From Octopus vulgaris (taxonomy: Eukaryota): 64,000 nt of DNA. Made by a program: the position numbers and the translations under genes. Of this stretch, positions 51,813-63,421 are shown piece after piece. The first letter of the stretch is position 1. Each line of letters begins with the position of its first letter. The stretch is from the NCBI GenBank assembly GCA_951406725.2, contig OX597816.1, forward strand, positions 38,564,001-38,628,000, written 5' to 3'. Below the pieces are notes generated by a model, which saw only the letters and a list, made by a program, of their open reading frames with translations, did no database searches and was not told where the DNA came from.

Positions 51813-51956
51813 TATTATTTCATAACAGTTTGTATCAGCTCCGTGTAACACAAACTTTTGTAGGTTCATCAAATGAACCTGACGAGACTGGTTCATTTGA
51901 GGAACCTACAAAAATCTAAGTCGCAAGGAGCCAAGTCAAACTGTTATTAAATAATA
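51813..51956. repeat. ~144-bp fold-back with a 24-bp inner stem and 10-nt loop
   Basis: ttttgtaggttcatcaaatgaacc-tgacgagact-ggttcatttgaggaacctacaaaa (51856-51913, one mismatch); outer arms tattatttcataacagtttg / caaactgttattaaataata. Confidence 0.92.
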
Positions 51957-52199
51957 CATACATATAATCTTTTACTTCTTTCAGTCGTCAGACTGCAGCC
52001 ATGCTGGGACACCACCTTGAAGAATTTTAGCCGAATGAATTGACCAGAGTACTTTTTTTTTAAAAGCCTGGTACTTTTTCTATCATACTCTTTGCCAAAC
52101 TTCTAAGTTATGGGGATGTAAATATACCATCATCAATTGTCAAGTGGTGGTGAGGAACAAATGTAAACACAAAAAGACCCACACACACACATTATATAT

Positions 52200-53067
52200 G
52201 CATCAGTTGTTGTGTGCAAGAGAGACGATTGCGCTGGTATGGTCATGTGGCGAGAATGGATGAAGATAGGTGTGTGAGAAAGTGCCAATCCCTAGCAGTT
52301 GAGGGAACCCGTGGAAGAGGTAGACCCAGGAAAACCTGGGACGAGGTGGTGAAGCACGACCTTCGGACGTTAGGTCTCACCATGGAAATGACTAGAGACC
52401 GAGACCTATGGAAGTATGCTGTGCGTGAGAAGACCCGGCAAGACTAGTGAAGCCATAATCCGTGGCCCCTACCTGGGACGTAGTCAGTCCACCTGTGCAT
52501 ACCTTCCTTCTTGTGACACTTGTGAAGACCTGTTGAGGCAAGTGAGAATCGAATCGTATCGAATCAAATCGAACCAAATCAAAATAGATGAACATCAATG
52601 GAATTTGTATCCTTGTGGTACCAGTGCCGGTGGCACATAAGAAAACCATCCGAACGTGACCGTAGCCAGTACCGCAATGACTGGCCTCCGTGCTGAGGGC
52701 TCGTAACAAACACCATCCGAGCGTGGCCGTCCGCCAGCCTCGTCTGGCACCTGTGTCGGTGACACATAAGAAAACACCATCCGAGCGTGGCCGTCTGCCA
52801 GCCTCGTCTGGCACCTGTGTCGGTGGCACATAAAAAACACCATCCGAGCGTGGCCGTCTGCCAGCCTCGTCTGGCACCTGTGTCGGTGGCACATAAAATC
52901 ACCCACTACACTCTCGGAGTGGTTGGCGTTAGGAAGGGCATCCAGCTGTAGAAACACTGCCACATCTGACTGGCCTGGTGCGGCCTTCGGGCTTCCCAGA
53001 CCCCAGTTGAACCGTCCAACCCATGCTAGCATGGAAAGCGGACGTTAAACGATGATGATGATGATGA
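52200..53067 (+). mobile_element. 5'-truncated young RTE-clade LINE: ORF C-terminus, 3' UTR array, (GAT)n tail
   Basis: Uninterrupted QERRLRWYGHVARMDEDR...RGRGRPRKTWDEVVKHDL...DRDLWK (RTE C-terminal signature), stop at 52447, five ggtggcac-type motifs, and the family D tail. Confidence 0.93.
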
Positions 53068-53217
53068 TATTTATATTTATAAGGCTTCATTCAGTTTCCA
53101 CAAGGCATTGGTCAACCCAAGGTTACAGTAGAAGACACTTGCCTAAAGTGTCGCACAGTGGGGCTAAACCAAGAACCATGTTATTGAGAAGCAAACTTCT
53201 TACCACAGAGCCATGTC

Positions 53218-53326
<109 letters not shown>

Positions 53327-53334
53327 ATATATAA

Positions 53335-53543
53335 TTAATCCAAACAAGAAAGCAAAAAAAAACACAACAACGTGAGGACGTGGAACAAATAAAGTATTAT
53401 TGGACGCTCAGGAAAGAAGGAAAGGAGGAGGGTTTAACGTTTCGAGCAGAGCTCCTTGTCGAAAACATAGGAGAAGGAAAGATCCAGAGAAGGGAAGACA
53501 GAGGAAAAAAAAAATCGCCAACGGTACACATGCGGTCACATTT
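53335..53543 (-). mobile_element. Penelope-type pseudo-LTR fragment with a degenerate minimal hammerhead core
   Basis: Minus strand gttttcgacaaggagctctgctcgaaacgtt (53436-53466): stem II GAGC/GCTC followed by GAAAC, with the CTGANGA box degenerate. Embedded between (TA)n tracts. Confidence 0.6.
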
Positions 53544-53959
53544 ATATATATATGTGTGTGTATGTGTGCAAGTGTATGCAGGTATGACAGGGGTTTAACA
53601 AGTTCATTTTGCAACAATGTTGCTTCAGCCTGGGCATATAGCTCTGGGCTCTCAAATACCTTTTGAATTAATTTGGTAGAAAGAAGCTGTAGAAAGCTTA
53701 TTTTGTACACACACTTGTGCACATGCTTGAATATTTACATTTTGCAAGCATTTTTTGAGTTAAGGACAATGGGCTCTGTTGTTATTACCCTGACAACAGA
53801 CTCATCTGCTCTGTGAATTTGGAAATGAATGGAACAAGGCTTCCATTTTTGAAGAACAGGGAAGGGTAAGTAGCAGAAATGACATCTGGCTGTAAACCAA
53901 ATGCCTCAATAATGCATCCTTATAATCCCTGCTAGTATGGGTTATAGGGGTACATTTGT

Positions 53960-54210
53960 AAAAAGTATAGGAAACAGATGTAAAGACAAATGATATATGA
54001 CTATAAGAAAAATCAGACGTAGTATGGACATGTATGTGTGGGAGATGACAGCTGTATATAATAGTGTCACACACTCTAAGTAAGAGGTGCTGGAGAAGTG
54101 GGATACCAAGAAATACTTGGGACAAAATGGCATAAACTGATCTCAAGATATGGACTTCACAGAAGAGATAACAAAGAGATTGTGTTGACTGGGAGTCACA
54201 GTACTAGAGA
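53960..54210 (+). mobile_element. Degraded RTE LINE C-terminal remnant
   Basis: R*YGHV...PRNTWD...TDLK, homologous to 52214-52447. Confidence 0.65.
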
Positions 54211-56448
54211 TGAGTCGATTACAAAAGACCTAATCAGTAGCATTTATATGTGTCAGTATTGAACATAAATTTTAAATGAAAGAGAGAGAAGTTTGTATGA
54301 GAAAATATTGTCTTACTGAAGTGGTGATGTGTGTGAGTGTGCATAGAGAAAGGCAGGTGGTGTAGACAACAAACAGATGTATTAGTATATATATATATAT
54401 ATAAATTCAAAAGAGTACAGTAAGATCCATAATGGTAGAATCCAAGAAGTATAAAGCTTCAATGGTAATCCAGGTGGAATAGGGGTGAAGTGGTTCAAGA
54501 GAGGTGGCAAAAGTCAAAGAAGTAGGTAGGAAAGAGATGACAGTCCAAGGGTGAAGGTTCGGGCTGGCAGGATCATACAGGGGTGACCATGTGAGTGTAT
54601 ATTATATACAGTTCAAAATTATGCAAAAAAAACAAAAAACAAAACAAAGAACAAAAGATGGAGACAGGTGAGGGAACAACAAACAGGATGTGTTAGTTTG
54701 ACACTCAGGAAAAATGAAAGAAATCTTTGATGTTTTAAACCTATACTCTTCTCTCACCTCTCTACACCTTGTTTTTTGTATAATTTTGAACAATATATAC
54801 ATATATATTTTCAAACACATGCACACACACATTTCACATACATACAGATATATGTGAGAAAATGTTTTCAACACACATAGTAAAGTTAGTTTATTCATTC
54901 AAAGCTTATGATTTACTCCCTCTCACCAGAGTTTTCCACTGTGTATGGTCCTTCAATTGACAAAAAGATGGATCATACATGCTGCACTCAGTACTCCCTT
55001 CCAGCACCCTAAGACACTGATGGTCATTCCCATACCAACTATTCACCATTAACATGTAACTATCACAGCCTCTCTTCCATTACTTCCTCCTCTATTACTA
55101 TTACCGATATCTCTTGCTATTCATTGCTCTATCTCTTTCACTTGCAATGACTATCCTATCATGACACTCACACTATTTCTCTATTCAACCTCCTACCAAC
55201 AATTGTGTAACTAACATTCTCTCTCTCTTTCTCCCATCACCCCCTCCCATGCCATGCCATAATTTTGCATCCCTCTGTTATGTTCATATTCACATTTTCC
55301 TCTTTCACACTTTTTCTTAACACCCACCACCTTTTATTTATACTATTGATCACAAGGTTCCATAATCTTGCACAGAAGAAAGCAACCTCTCCAATGTTAG
55401 TGTCACAACAAAATGCGCCTAGTACACTCTACAACATGGTTGGTGTTAGGAAGGGCATTTAGTCATAGAAATCGAGTTTAAAAAAAAATGGAACATACAT
55501 GTGAAATATAGTTCTTTGGCCCAGTTAAGAGAGCAGTAATTCTGAATAGGAACTGAATCAGACTGTGACAATTTGTTCAACTCATGCCAGCATGAAGAAT
55601 GGTTATAAAAGCAAATTACGACAATGATGATGATATTTTATTCATGCCCACACACCAGGTAGGTATTAATTAAGAATTTATTATTTCATTATATTTGACA
55701 TTTTTTACTTTCAGAAAATTCCATTATCATATTTGGTGGAATTAAATTTAGTAGCACACTAAACATGGAATAATAAAGCAACAGTGGCCAACATATAGAA
55801 CAGTATTTAGAAAAAAAATAATAATAGTAATAAAAATGCAAAGAAACAGGTATTTGGATAAATATAAGGAACTGCAAGTCTACTAACAATTGATGCCATC
55901 TTAGTTTGATGCAAATGAAAACCTGAAGTGAATGAGCTTAATTCCAGAAAGTACACTACCTTTTTGAAGATGCTCCATAGCCCGAGGTGAAAGATCAAGG
56001 GATGTTTAATTTCTGAACATGCTAGCCTCACGGTTACACTATGCTGATCAATCCATCAAGCACTAAAAAGATCATGATCCATCTAGGAATGGACAGCAAG
56101 GTAAGAAAAAAGCCTCCAGCTCTGGCAATTTCCAAATTCATGCAACTGGAGAGCTGCTGGTCACTGAGTATGGACAATGGCTAAATCTTGCAGGTGGCTG
56201 TTTTGGAAATAAAAGCAAAGTAAATAGAAAAGTTTAAGGAATTTTTTTGATTATTGATTTTTTTTCATTTAAATATTTTGGAGAAAAAAAAGCAAACAAA
56301 AAATATTTTTGTTGAAAACATTTTTGAACTTTCAAAGTTTTTTTTAATAAATAAATAAAAAGATAAAACAAAAACAAGCAAACTATCCAAAACAAAAAAA
56401 AAGTAAGTCTAAGCAACTAAGACTAACTAATTAACACTATCTTATTTA

Positions 56449-57639
56449 CAAGGGTAGGCTGACAAGTTCATAGGCTGACTATAAACGAGCAACGCTAGAG
56501 CCATGAAATCTTGCATGCATCAATTTCAACTCTTCTTATTGGTAACTGAATTGTTTCTTTCCAGGCAAACTGACATCTGACTGTTCAAAGAACACTCCAG
56601 AAGTAACTATAGTGACTTTTCTTGATAATGAACAAAATTTGACATCATAATGTTATCAAGTACCTGCAGGAAAAGGGTTTAACCCCCAAGAACATTAATG
56701 CTAACATGGTTGCTACATTTGGGGATGACACTCCAGCTTAAACAATAGTGCAAAAGTGGGCAACTGAATTTAGGAGTGGAAGGGAGAGTCTTCAAGATAA
56801 CCCAAGGTCTGGACATTCTGCAACTGCCAACGCTGAGGAAAACATTGATCATGTTAATCACATGGTGATGGATGATAGATGATTCACTAAATCAAATAGT
56901 CAATGTTGTTAGCATATCCCATGAGAGAGTTGAGAATATTCTGCACAATGAACTTGGCAATGACAAAGGTTTCTGCTTTGTGGGTGCTATGTCTTCTGAC
57001 ACCTGATCAAAAGTGCACCAGGCAGATCACATCATGAGAAAATCTGACATTACTTGAGGCAGATTCAGTTCCTAACTCAGGATAAGTGTTGGCTTCATCA
57101 TTTTGAGCCAAAAACAAAGAGATAATCTATGAAGTGGAAACATCCCTCCTCACCTGCTCAAAAGAAGTCCAAGGTCATTTCATCAGCAGGTAGGTGATGG
57201 CCTCAGTGTTTTGGGATGCAAAAGGCATTATGTTTATTGACTAGCTTCAAAAGGGCCACACCATAAATGGAGAGTATTATGCCAACTTACTGAGACAGTT
57301 ATGAAAGGTTATCAAGACAAAATGCCCAGGAAAACTGACGAAAGGGGTCATGATTCATCAGGACAATGCTCCAGCACACAATGGCTGCTGTTCATGAGTG
57401 TGGCTTTGAACTAGTTGATCACCCTTTCTATTCTCCTGGCTTGGCCCCCATCTAACAATCACCTGTTCCCCAACATGATGGGGTTGTATTTTTTTTACCA
57501 ACAATGGGATCCAAGCACTGCAACACCAATGGAAGAAGTGTGTAGACCACAAGGGGGACTAGGTTGAAAAATAAGCCTCATTTGGTCACATTCTATGAGA
57601 GTATCTTGATCAGCCTATGAACTTTTTAGCTGTCTCTCA
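56449..57639 (+). mobile_element. Near full-length defective mariner transposon
   Basis: TA-flanked TIRs (ctgacaagttcataggctga / tcagcctatgaactttttag). Broken transposase: VIKYLQEKGLTPK...KWATEFRSGRESLQDNPRSG, WVLCLLTPDQK (WVPHEL-like), TQDKCW, HQDNAPAH, HPFYSPGLAPS (YSPDLAP-like); many stops and frameshifts. Confidence 0.92.
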
Positions 57640-58916
57640 TATATTCATGGAGCTAACGGTGCAAAGAGCTTTTTGATATCTAGTAGAATATTCTATGACC
57701 AACTTCAACTAGGATTTTTTATTTTCTAGTACTATGAAGGAATCAAAATACCAGTAACATATTCCTCAACAAATTCTATTTTGTTTGACATAAAGAGAAA
57801 CTTCATTAGTAAGAAAGAAATATCTTACAAACTTCTCAGAACTTTCCCAAGATAAGGAAGCCATCTCTAGTTAATCACTCAATTACATTCATTCTGTTAA
57901 CTAGACATTTACAAGCCAATGAGGGGGCATCTGTACAGTCTTTCAACCTGCTAGAAATAGCAGCCGAGTGTTATCCAAATTATCTCTCACTGTTTTGGGA
58001 TTATGTGGCCTTGGGTGCATTGTGCATGAGAAAAAGCTGGGATGATCATAGTTGGAATACCTTTGATCATAGAAACACTCATATAGAGTGATCTGAGACT
58101 AAACAATAAGAACAATAACTGACTATTTACAATACTACCATGAAAATATTTTCACTGCGCCACCAACAACACCCTCAGAACATTAGAGTAGCACACTAAA
58201 AAACACTATCCTTCTAACACAGTTCAGGCATTCATTAAACCCAAAGCTGCACTAGAGTGTACACTATCTATGACAGAAGGACAAGTGCCCTGCTCTGACC
58301 AAATTCACCTCACCTCTCTTCAATGTGGCCATCATCAGAAACTATTGATACATAAGGACTGACTGAACATGGGGAGAAGAAAAAGAGAACAAAAAGGCAA
58401 CATGCTTAGACTGCCTCACTGCATCTCATATGACAAACCCCACTGTGTGTATGAAAGCATAACAATCTTCCACTAGAAAGGGAGTCCGAATTTCAGTTTC
58501 TCAATCATGGCTGATCAACAACTACAACTAGTCAACTGCTTAATATATATTTCTCTCATACAATGTTTTATAAGTTAATATTATTTAATCATGTAAATTT
58601 ACAATCAGCCATGAAAACTGCTTTAAATGCTAAGACAGAAAAATCTAATGATACCTCTTGTGGCAACATCAGACAACATTGTCTAAGCTATACTCTTAAA
58701 GCATAGGGTCCTCCAGCCCTGATCATGATCCACATTAGAAGCTATTGCTCATCCATCTCAGATGGCACTGTTGTTACATAATACAAGTATTCTCCGATAT
58801 TCTAGTACAGTCTGTTTAAATTTAATTGATAATCAACAAACAAACCTGGAGCAGCAAACAAAAATTAAACTACTTGAAAATAGCATTTTATTTATTCATT
58901 TATTTTATTTTATTTC

Positions 58917-59874
58917 TAATGAGACATGACACCTTCAGTGAGGTAATTCACTGAGGTGATTTATTCTGGCAAATTCTATATAGCCTGCAGTGCGACATGA
59001 ACTGCTGACCCATATGCCAAGGTTGAATATCACCAACTGGATTATAATGACTGTCATAGAATTATTTACATAAACAAATACCACTTATATCACATAGCTA
59101 GTGTTAGGAAGAAATATTAAATATGAGCTCCAACAATTCCTCTATATTAATTTACATGTCGTTCCAGACTTAGACTGATAGAAAAATGGATGTAGAACTA
59201 TTATAAAATGATGAAGGCTAAAATTTTTTTACATTTAATTTTCCATCTGAACATGTGTTCCACATATCTACAACAGAATATTTATATATATTAACACTAT
59301 ATTTTCTTAACAGTGAGATTTGGCTATTTTATCACAAGTCTTTCTTCTTATTCTAACTACAACCAACAAATGCCATTTATTCACCCATCGTGTTTTCATC
59401 TGTTCACATTCTAAATGTATAATAGCACAGTCATATCATTTTTGTATGTGAGTGTGAGCATGTGTTAAAGAATGCATTCGATGCCCAGCCATATTCTCAC
59501 CCACTCATGTTCAACCTGTCTTGCCACTTCTTACATGACAACAAAAATGACAAACAATACAGTCAAACAAACACACACATGCAGACATGCAAATAAACAA
59601 CAGCACGCACACACTCACAGATCAAACAATATCCTACATTCATAAGCTTCTCAAGTGGACATACTGCTACCACCCAACCTGATGCAACAATCAAGAAATA
59701 AAACACATTGAGATAATATTCACTTTATTTTTTTAATGAGACATAAAATTTTCAGCAAGGTGATTCACCTGAGCTGATTTACACTGATACATAAATGGTG
59801 ACATGCTTGCAGTGAAATATGAAACTGCTGACCCATAAGCCAAGATCCAGTATCACAAAGTATGATTGGATTAT
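58917..59874. repeat. Two diverged copies of a ~130-nt module (58917-59045 and 59734-59874)
   Basis: Shared taatgagaca...ttcag..aggt.attcac.tgag...tgcagtg...actgctgacccata.gccaag...tatcac, each preceded by a T-rich tract. Confidence 0.75.
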
Positions 59875-60953
59875 GTCTCTTGAAACATTCTATAAAAAGT
59901 ACTCATAATCACATCAAAACACATAAAAAAAACTATTGTATGGTGGTTATACGCTTTGATTCATACTAAGCTAAAGAGGGTTCCTTCCTATGATAGCATA
60001 TGAAATATTTATCTTGTTATTGTAAACCTGTTTTGTTTCATAATTTGATAATGTATTTCAAGAACCTTTTGAAGAGAAACTTTTGAATCTTCTCAAACTA
60101 TATACTATTTGTTTGTTATTCATTCACTGAATGCGATCATTAGACACCAGTCATGCTGGAACATCACCTTCAAGTGTTTCTTTTTCTTTTGAGACAACCA
60201 TATCAACCTCATCACTTATTTCAGTCAAATATTTTTTCGATCTATTTACAGAATGAATAGCTAAGTTACTATTTGACATAATGAGATGCAAGTCCACACA
60301 CTAGCATGAACACACACACACACAACAGACAACCACATAGTTTTTTCCCCCTACAAAATTCCACTCACAAGGTATTGGTCAACACAAGACTATAGTAGAA
60401 GTTACTAGCCCAATGTACAATGCATTAAGACTGAAACAAGCATCCTGTGGTTATGAAGCAAATTTGTTAACCCCACAGCTATGCTGGTACCCACTTGATA
60501 AAAGAAAATCAAACTGAATTCTTTTGATAGCATCTCAAATATGCAACATCATTTTCCATAAAGCATGCAAACAGAGCTATCATAGCAACTAATTTATTTT
60601 TCTAAGCTCTCACTCATTCTTATCTACACCACAAGTTAAATATATTTGATTCAGCCATTTTCAATTTTATGACAAGATGTTATTTCATTCATTTTAAATC
60701 TGTTTTATTCCATGCTAGCATGGGCTGGATATCATTTTACACTCGGATGTCTTTCTTGTTGCTAATCCTTACCCATTTTTCAGGTAGGAGATTTTTTAAT
60801 CAACTAGCCTTCAAAAGTGTAAAGTGATGCAACGTTGTCAATAGGGGAATGTGAACATCACCTCATTTCACCCAGGCAGTGACAAATGAAACCATGAAAT
60901 ATCATTCATGCAAACAGACCCGCAATCATATATATCTGTACTTATATATATAT

Positions 60954-61087
60954 CATCATCGTTTAACGTCCGTTCTCCATGCTAGCATGGGTTGGACGGT
61001 TCGACCAGGGATCTGGGAAGCCAGAAGGCTGCACTAGGCTCCAGTCTTATCTGGCAATGTTTCTACAGCTGGATGCCCTTCCTAACA

Positions 61088-61090
<3 letters not shown>
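60954..61090 (-). mobile_element. RTE tail (family D), truncated, between (TA)n tracts
   Basis: Near-identical to 63231-63375. Confidence 0.9.
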
Positions 61091-61142
<52 letters not shown>

Positions 61143-61221
61143 TTTTGTATACACATTTGTATGATAGACAGACAATCCATCAACAGACAGTTGGCTGACA
61201 GACAACTTACAGACAGGACAA

Positions 61222-61350
61222 TTGTGTGGTATGGTGCAGAGTCCTGTTGCCAGACATAACGTGTTCCAACAGCCACGCTCTTGATCCAGAGCAGCACAAC
61301 CTCCTCCAGGCACTTGCTGTAGGCCTCCATGTTGAATCTGTGGCTGTGTG
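61222..61350 (-). mobile_element. Tc1/mariner-superfamily transposase fragment
   Basis: RFNMEAYSKCLEEVVLLWIKSVAVGTRYVWQQDSAPYHT contains the second catalytic-Asp motif QQD.AP.H. Confidence 0.75.
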
Positions 61351-61804
61351 TGAATTTTCTGTTGGTGAATTGTCTGTTGACAAATTTTCTGCACACATAT
61401 TTGTGTGTGTGTGTGTGTGTGTGCATGTAATGTAATGTGTATGAGATCATCATCAATTAACATCCATTTTCCAAGCTGGCTTGGGTTGGACAGTTTGTTA
61501 CCAGAATCTGATGAGTCTAAGGTCTGTATTAACATGATTTCTATGTTTCTATGGTTGGATGCCCTTCCTAATGCCAACTACTTTATAGTATGTACTTGTG
61601 TGCTTTTGTTTTCAGGACATCATCACTATTCAGGTTGCAATGCAGCTTACAAGGCCATGAATTCTGAGGGAAGGGGGTTTGGTTTTATGATGAGGGATGA
61701 AGGGTTAAAGTATGAGAGATGGAGGAGAAGAAGTAGTAGATAGACACTGTATGGAAGCCCATCCTGTGTGTGAATATATATGTATGTGTATGTATGTATG
61801 TATG

Positions 61805-61845
<41 letters not shown>

Positions 61846-61906
61846 ATAAATGTTGAACAATGAGAATGAGTGCTTACACCACATTGGTAGATAACATTTC
61901 TTTATT

Positions 61907-62109
61907 TGTGTATTAAGGCTACCATTGGTATCATGTTAAGAAAAATGTATTAACAATTTTTCAAGCCGATCACATGGAGGAATGGTGTTCGTCTCCCTTT
62001 TGGATGAAAATACCAAACTGGAGACGAACACCATTCCTCCATGTGATCGGCTTGAAAAATTGTTAATACAGTTTTCTTAACATGAAACCAATGGTAGCCT
62101 TGATACACA
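61907..62109. repeat. 203-bp near-perfect palindrome / fold-back element
   Basis: ~96-bp arms with a 51-bp uninterrupted match (tgtattaaca...gttcgtctcc) and a ~9-nt loop. Confidence 0.96.
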
Positions 62110-63230
62110 TATAAATCTATATATATTAAGAAGCATCCATACAGTTTCTGTCTACCACTTCCACTCACAAGGCAATAGTTGACCCAAGCTATAACAGAAA
62201 GCACTTGCTCAGAGTGTTACAAAGTGAGCAAAACTATACAGTTACAAAAACTTTACAATTACAAAAACTACAATTCAACACTATACAATTACAAAGCGAA
62301 CTCAAAATCCATACAGCCATACCTGCCACAATTGTATACAACTACGAATAGACATTTAGAAAAGATGACAGTTTTTTTTTTAAACCCCTACACTCATCAT
62401 CATCAGTGGTTTAATGTCCCTATTCCAATTTTTACATTGAAAATACACACCTGGAAAATCACATTATCAAATCATCCTTATCTTGCTTGTATTGTCTCAC
62501 CTTTTAGCCCCCAAATAGCAAGCCAATGATCTAATAGTCACATCTCCTCCTTCCCCACTCCTCATTCCTGCTACTTTTCAGCAGCAGCAGCAGTGAATTA
62601 CACATGTTCTTAACCAATATGAATGATTCTTATGCTTTAAAACTTGCAGAGATTTCTGTTTCTGAATGTTTGATAGTGTGATAATCTCTTCTTTTCATGC
62701 CTTCTCATACAGACCGAAAAAAAAACAAAAAACAAACAATATAATTATGCTAATATTAAATACTAAATCAAGATCAATGATTTATGACATTTGCTATTGA
62801 TCCAATCTTGGGCTTTTCCTCAATAAACCACAAATTCTTTATATTTGATGAAGGTCAAGTTAATAAATCTCAGTTAATCCACTTCCCATTATTCAAGACT
62901 AATCCTTTAACTCATACATGGTGAGCCTCTAAAATTACAAGGTAGAGCTCTTTAAATTTGACCTACAAAAAATGCACTGGTCTTTACCCACAAGCAAAAT
63001 CTGGCATTATCACAGTTTTAGGATAAGCCATTCCAGGTAACAAGATTCCAAGTTCTAATCAGACTTATAATACATGATCTCGAAGGATTTTGACACACTC
63101 AGCACCAAATGAATAAACAACCTAGATCTGGAGTACAACATGTAATACTTACACACATTTTTGGTAACAAATGAATGAAAGAGAATACTGAAGGTAGAGT
63201 TTAAATATTATATATATATATATATATATA

Positions 63231-63421
63231 CATCATCATCATCATCGTTTAACGTCTGTTCTCCATGCTAGCATCGGTTGGACGGTTCGACCGGGGATCT
63301 GGGAAGCCAGAAGGCTGCACCAGGCTCCAGTCTTATCTGGCAATGTTTCTACAGCTGGATGCCCTTCCTAACGCCAACCACTCCGTGAGTGTAGTGGGTG
63401 CTTTTTACGTGCCACCTGCAC
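63231..63421 (-). mobile_element. RTE tail (family D), truncated at the first ggtggcac unit, between (TA)n tracts
   Basis: (CAT)n-cgtttaacgtc...gcccttcctaacgccaaccactccgtgagtgtagtgggtgctttttacgtgccacctgcac. Confidence 0.92.

Noticed and set aside
52620-52905. CRISPR array interpretation
   Set aside because: Adjacent units are near-identical (no unique spacers), there are no cas genes, and the context is a eukaryotic LINE 3' UTR.
55860-56200. Coding-looking segment with a plus-strand AAG|GTAAGA donor
   Set aside because: Stops in the plus frames I read and no matching acceptor; probably a decayed TE.
56620-57570. Active or domesticated mariner transposase
   Set aside because: Multiple stops, frameshifts, internal deletions and altered catalytic motifs.
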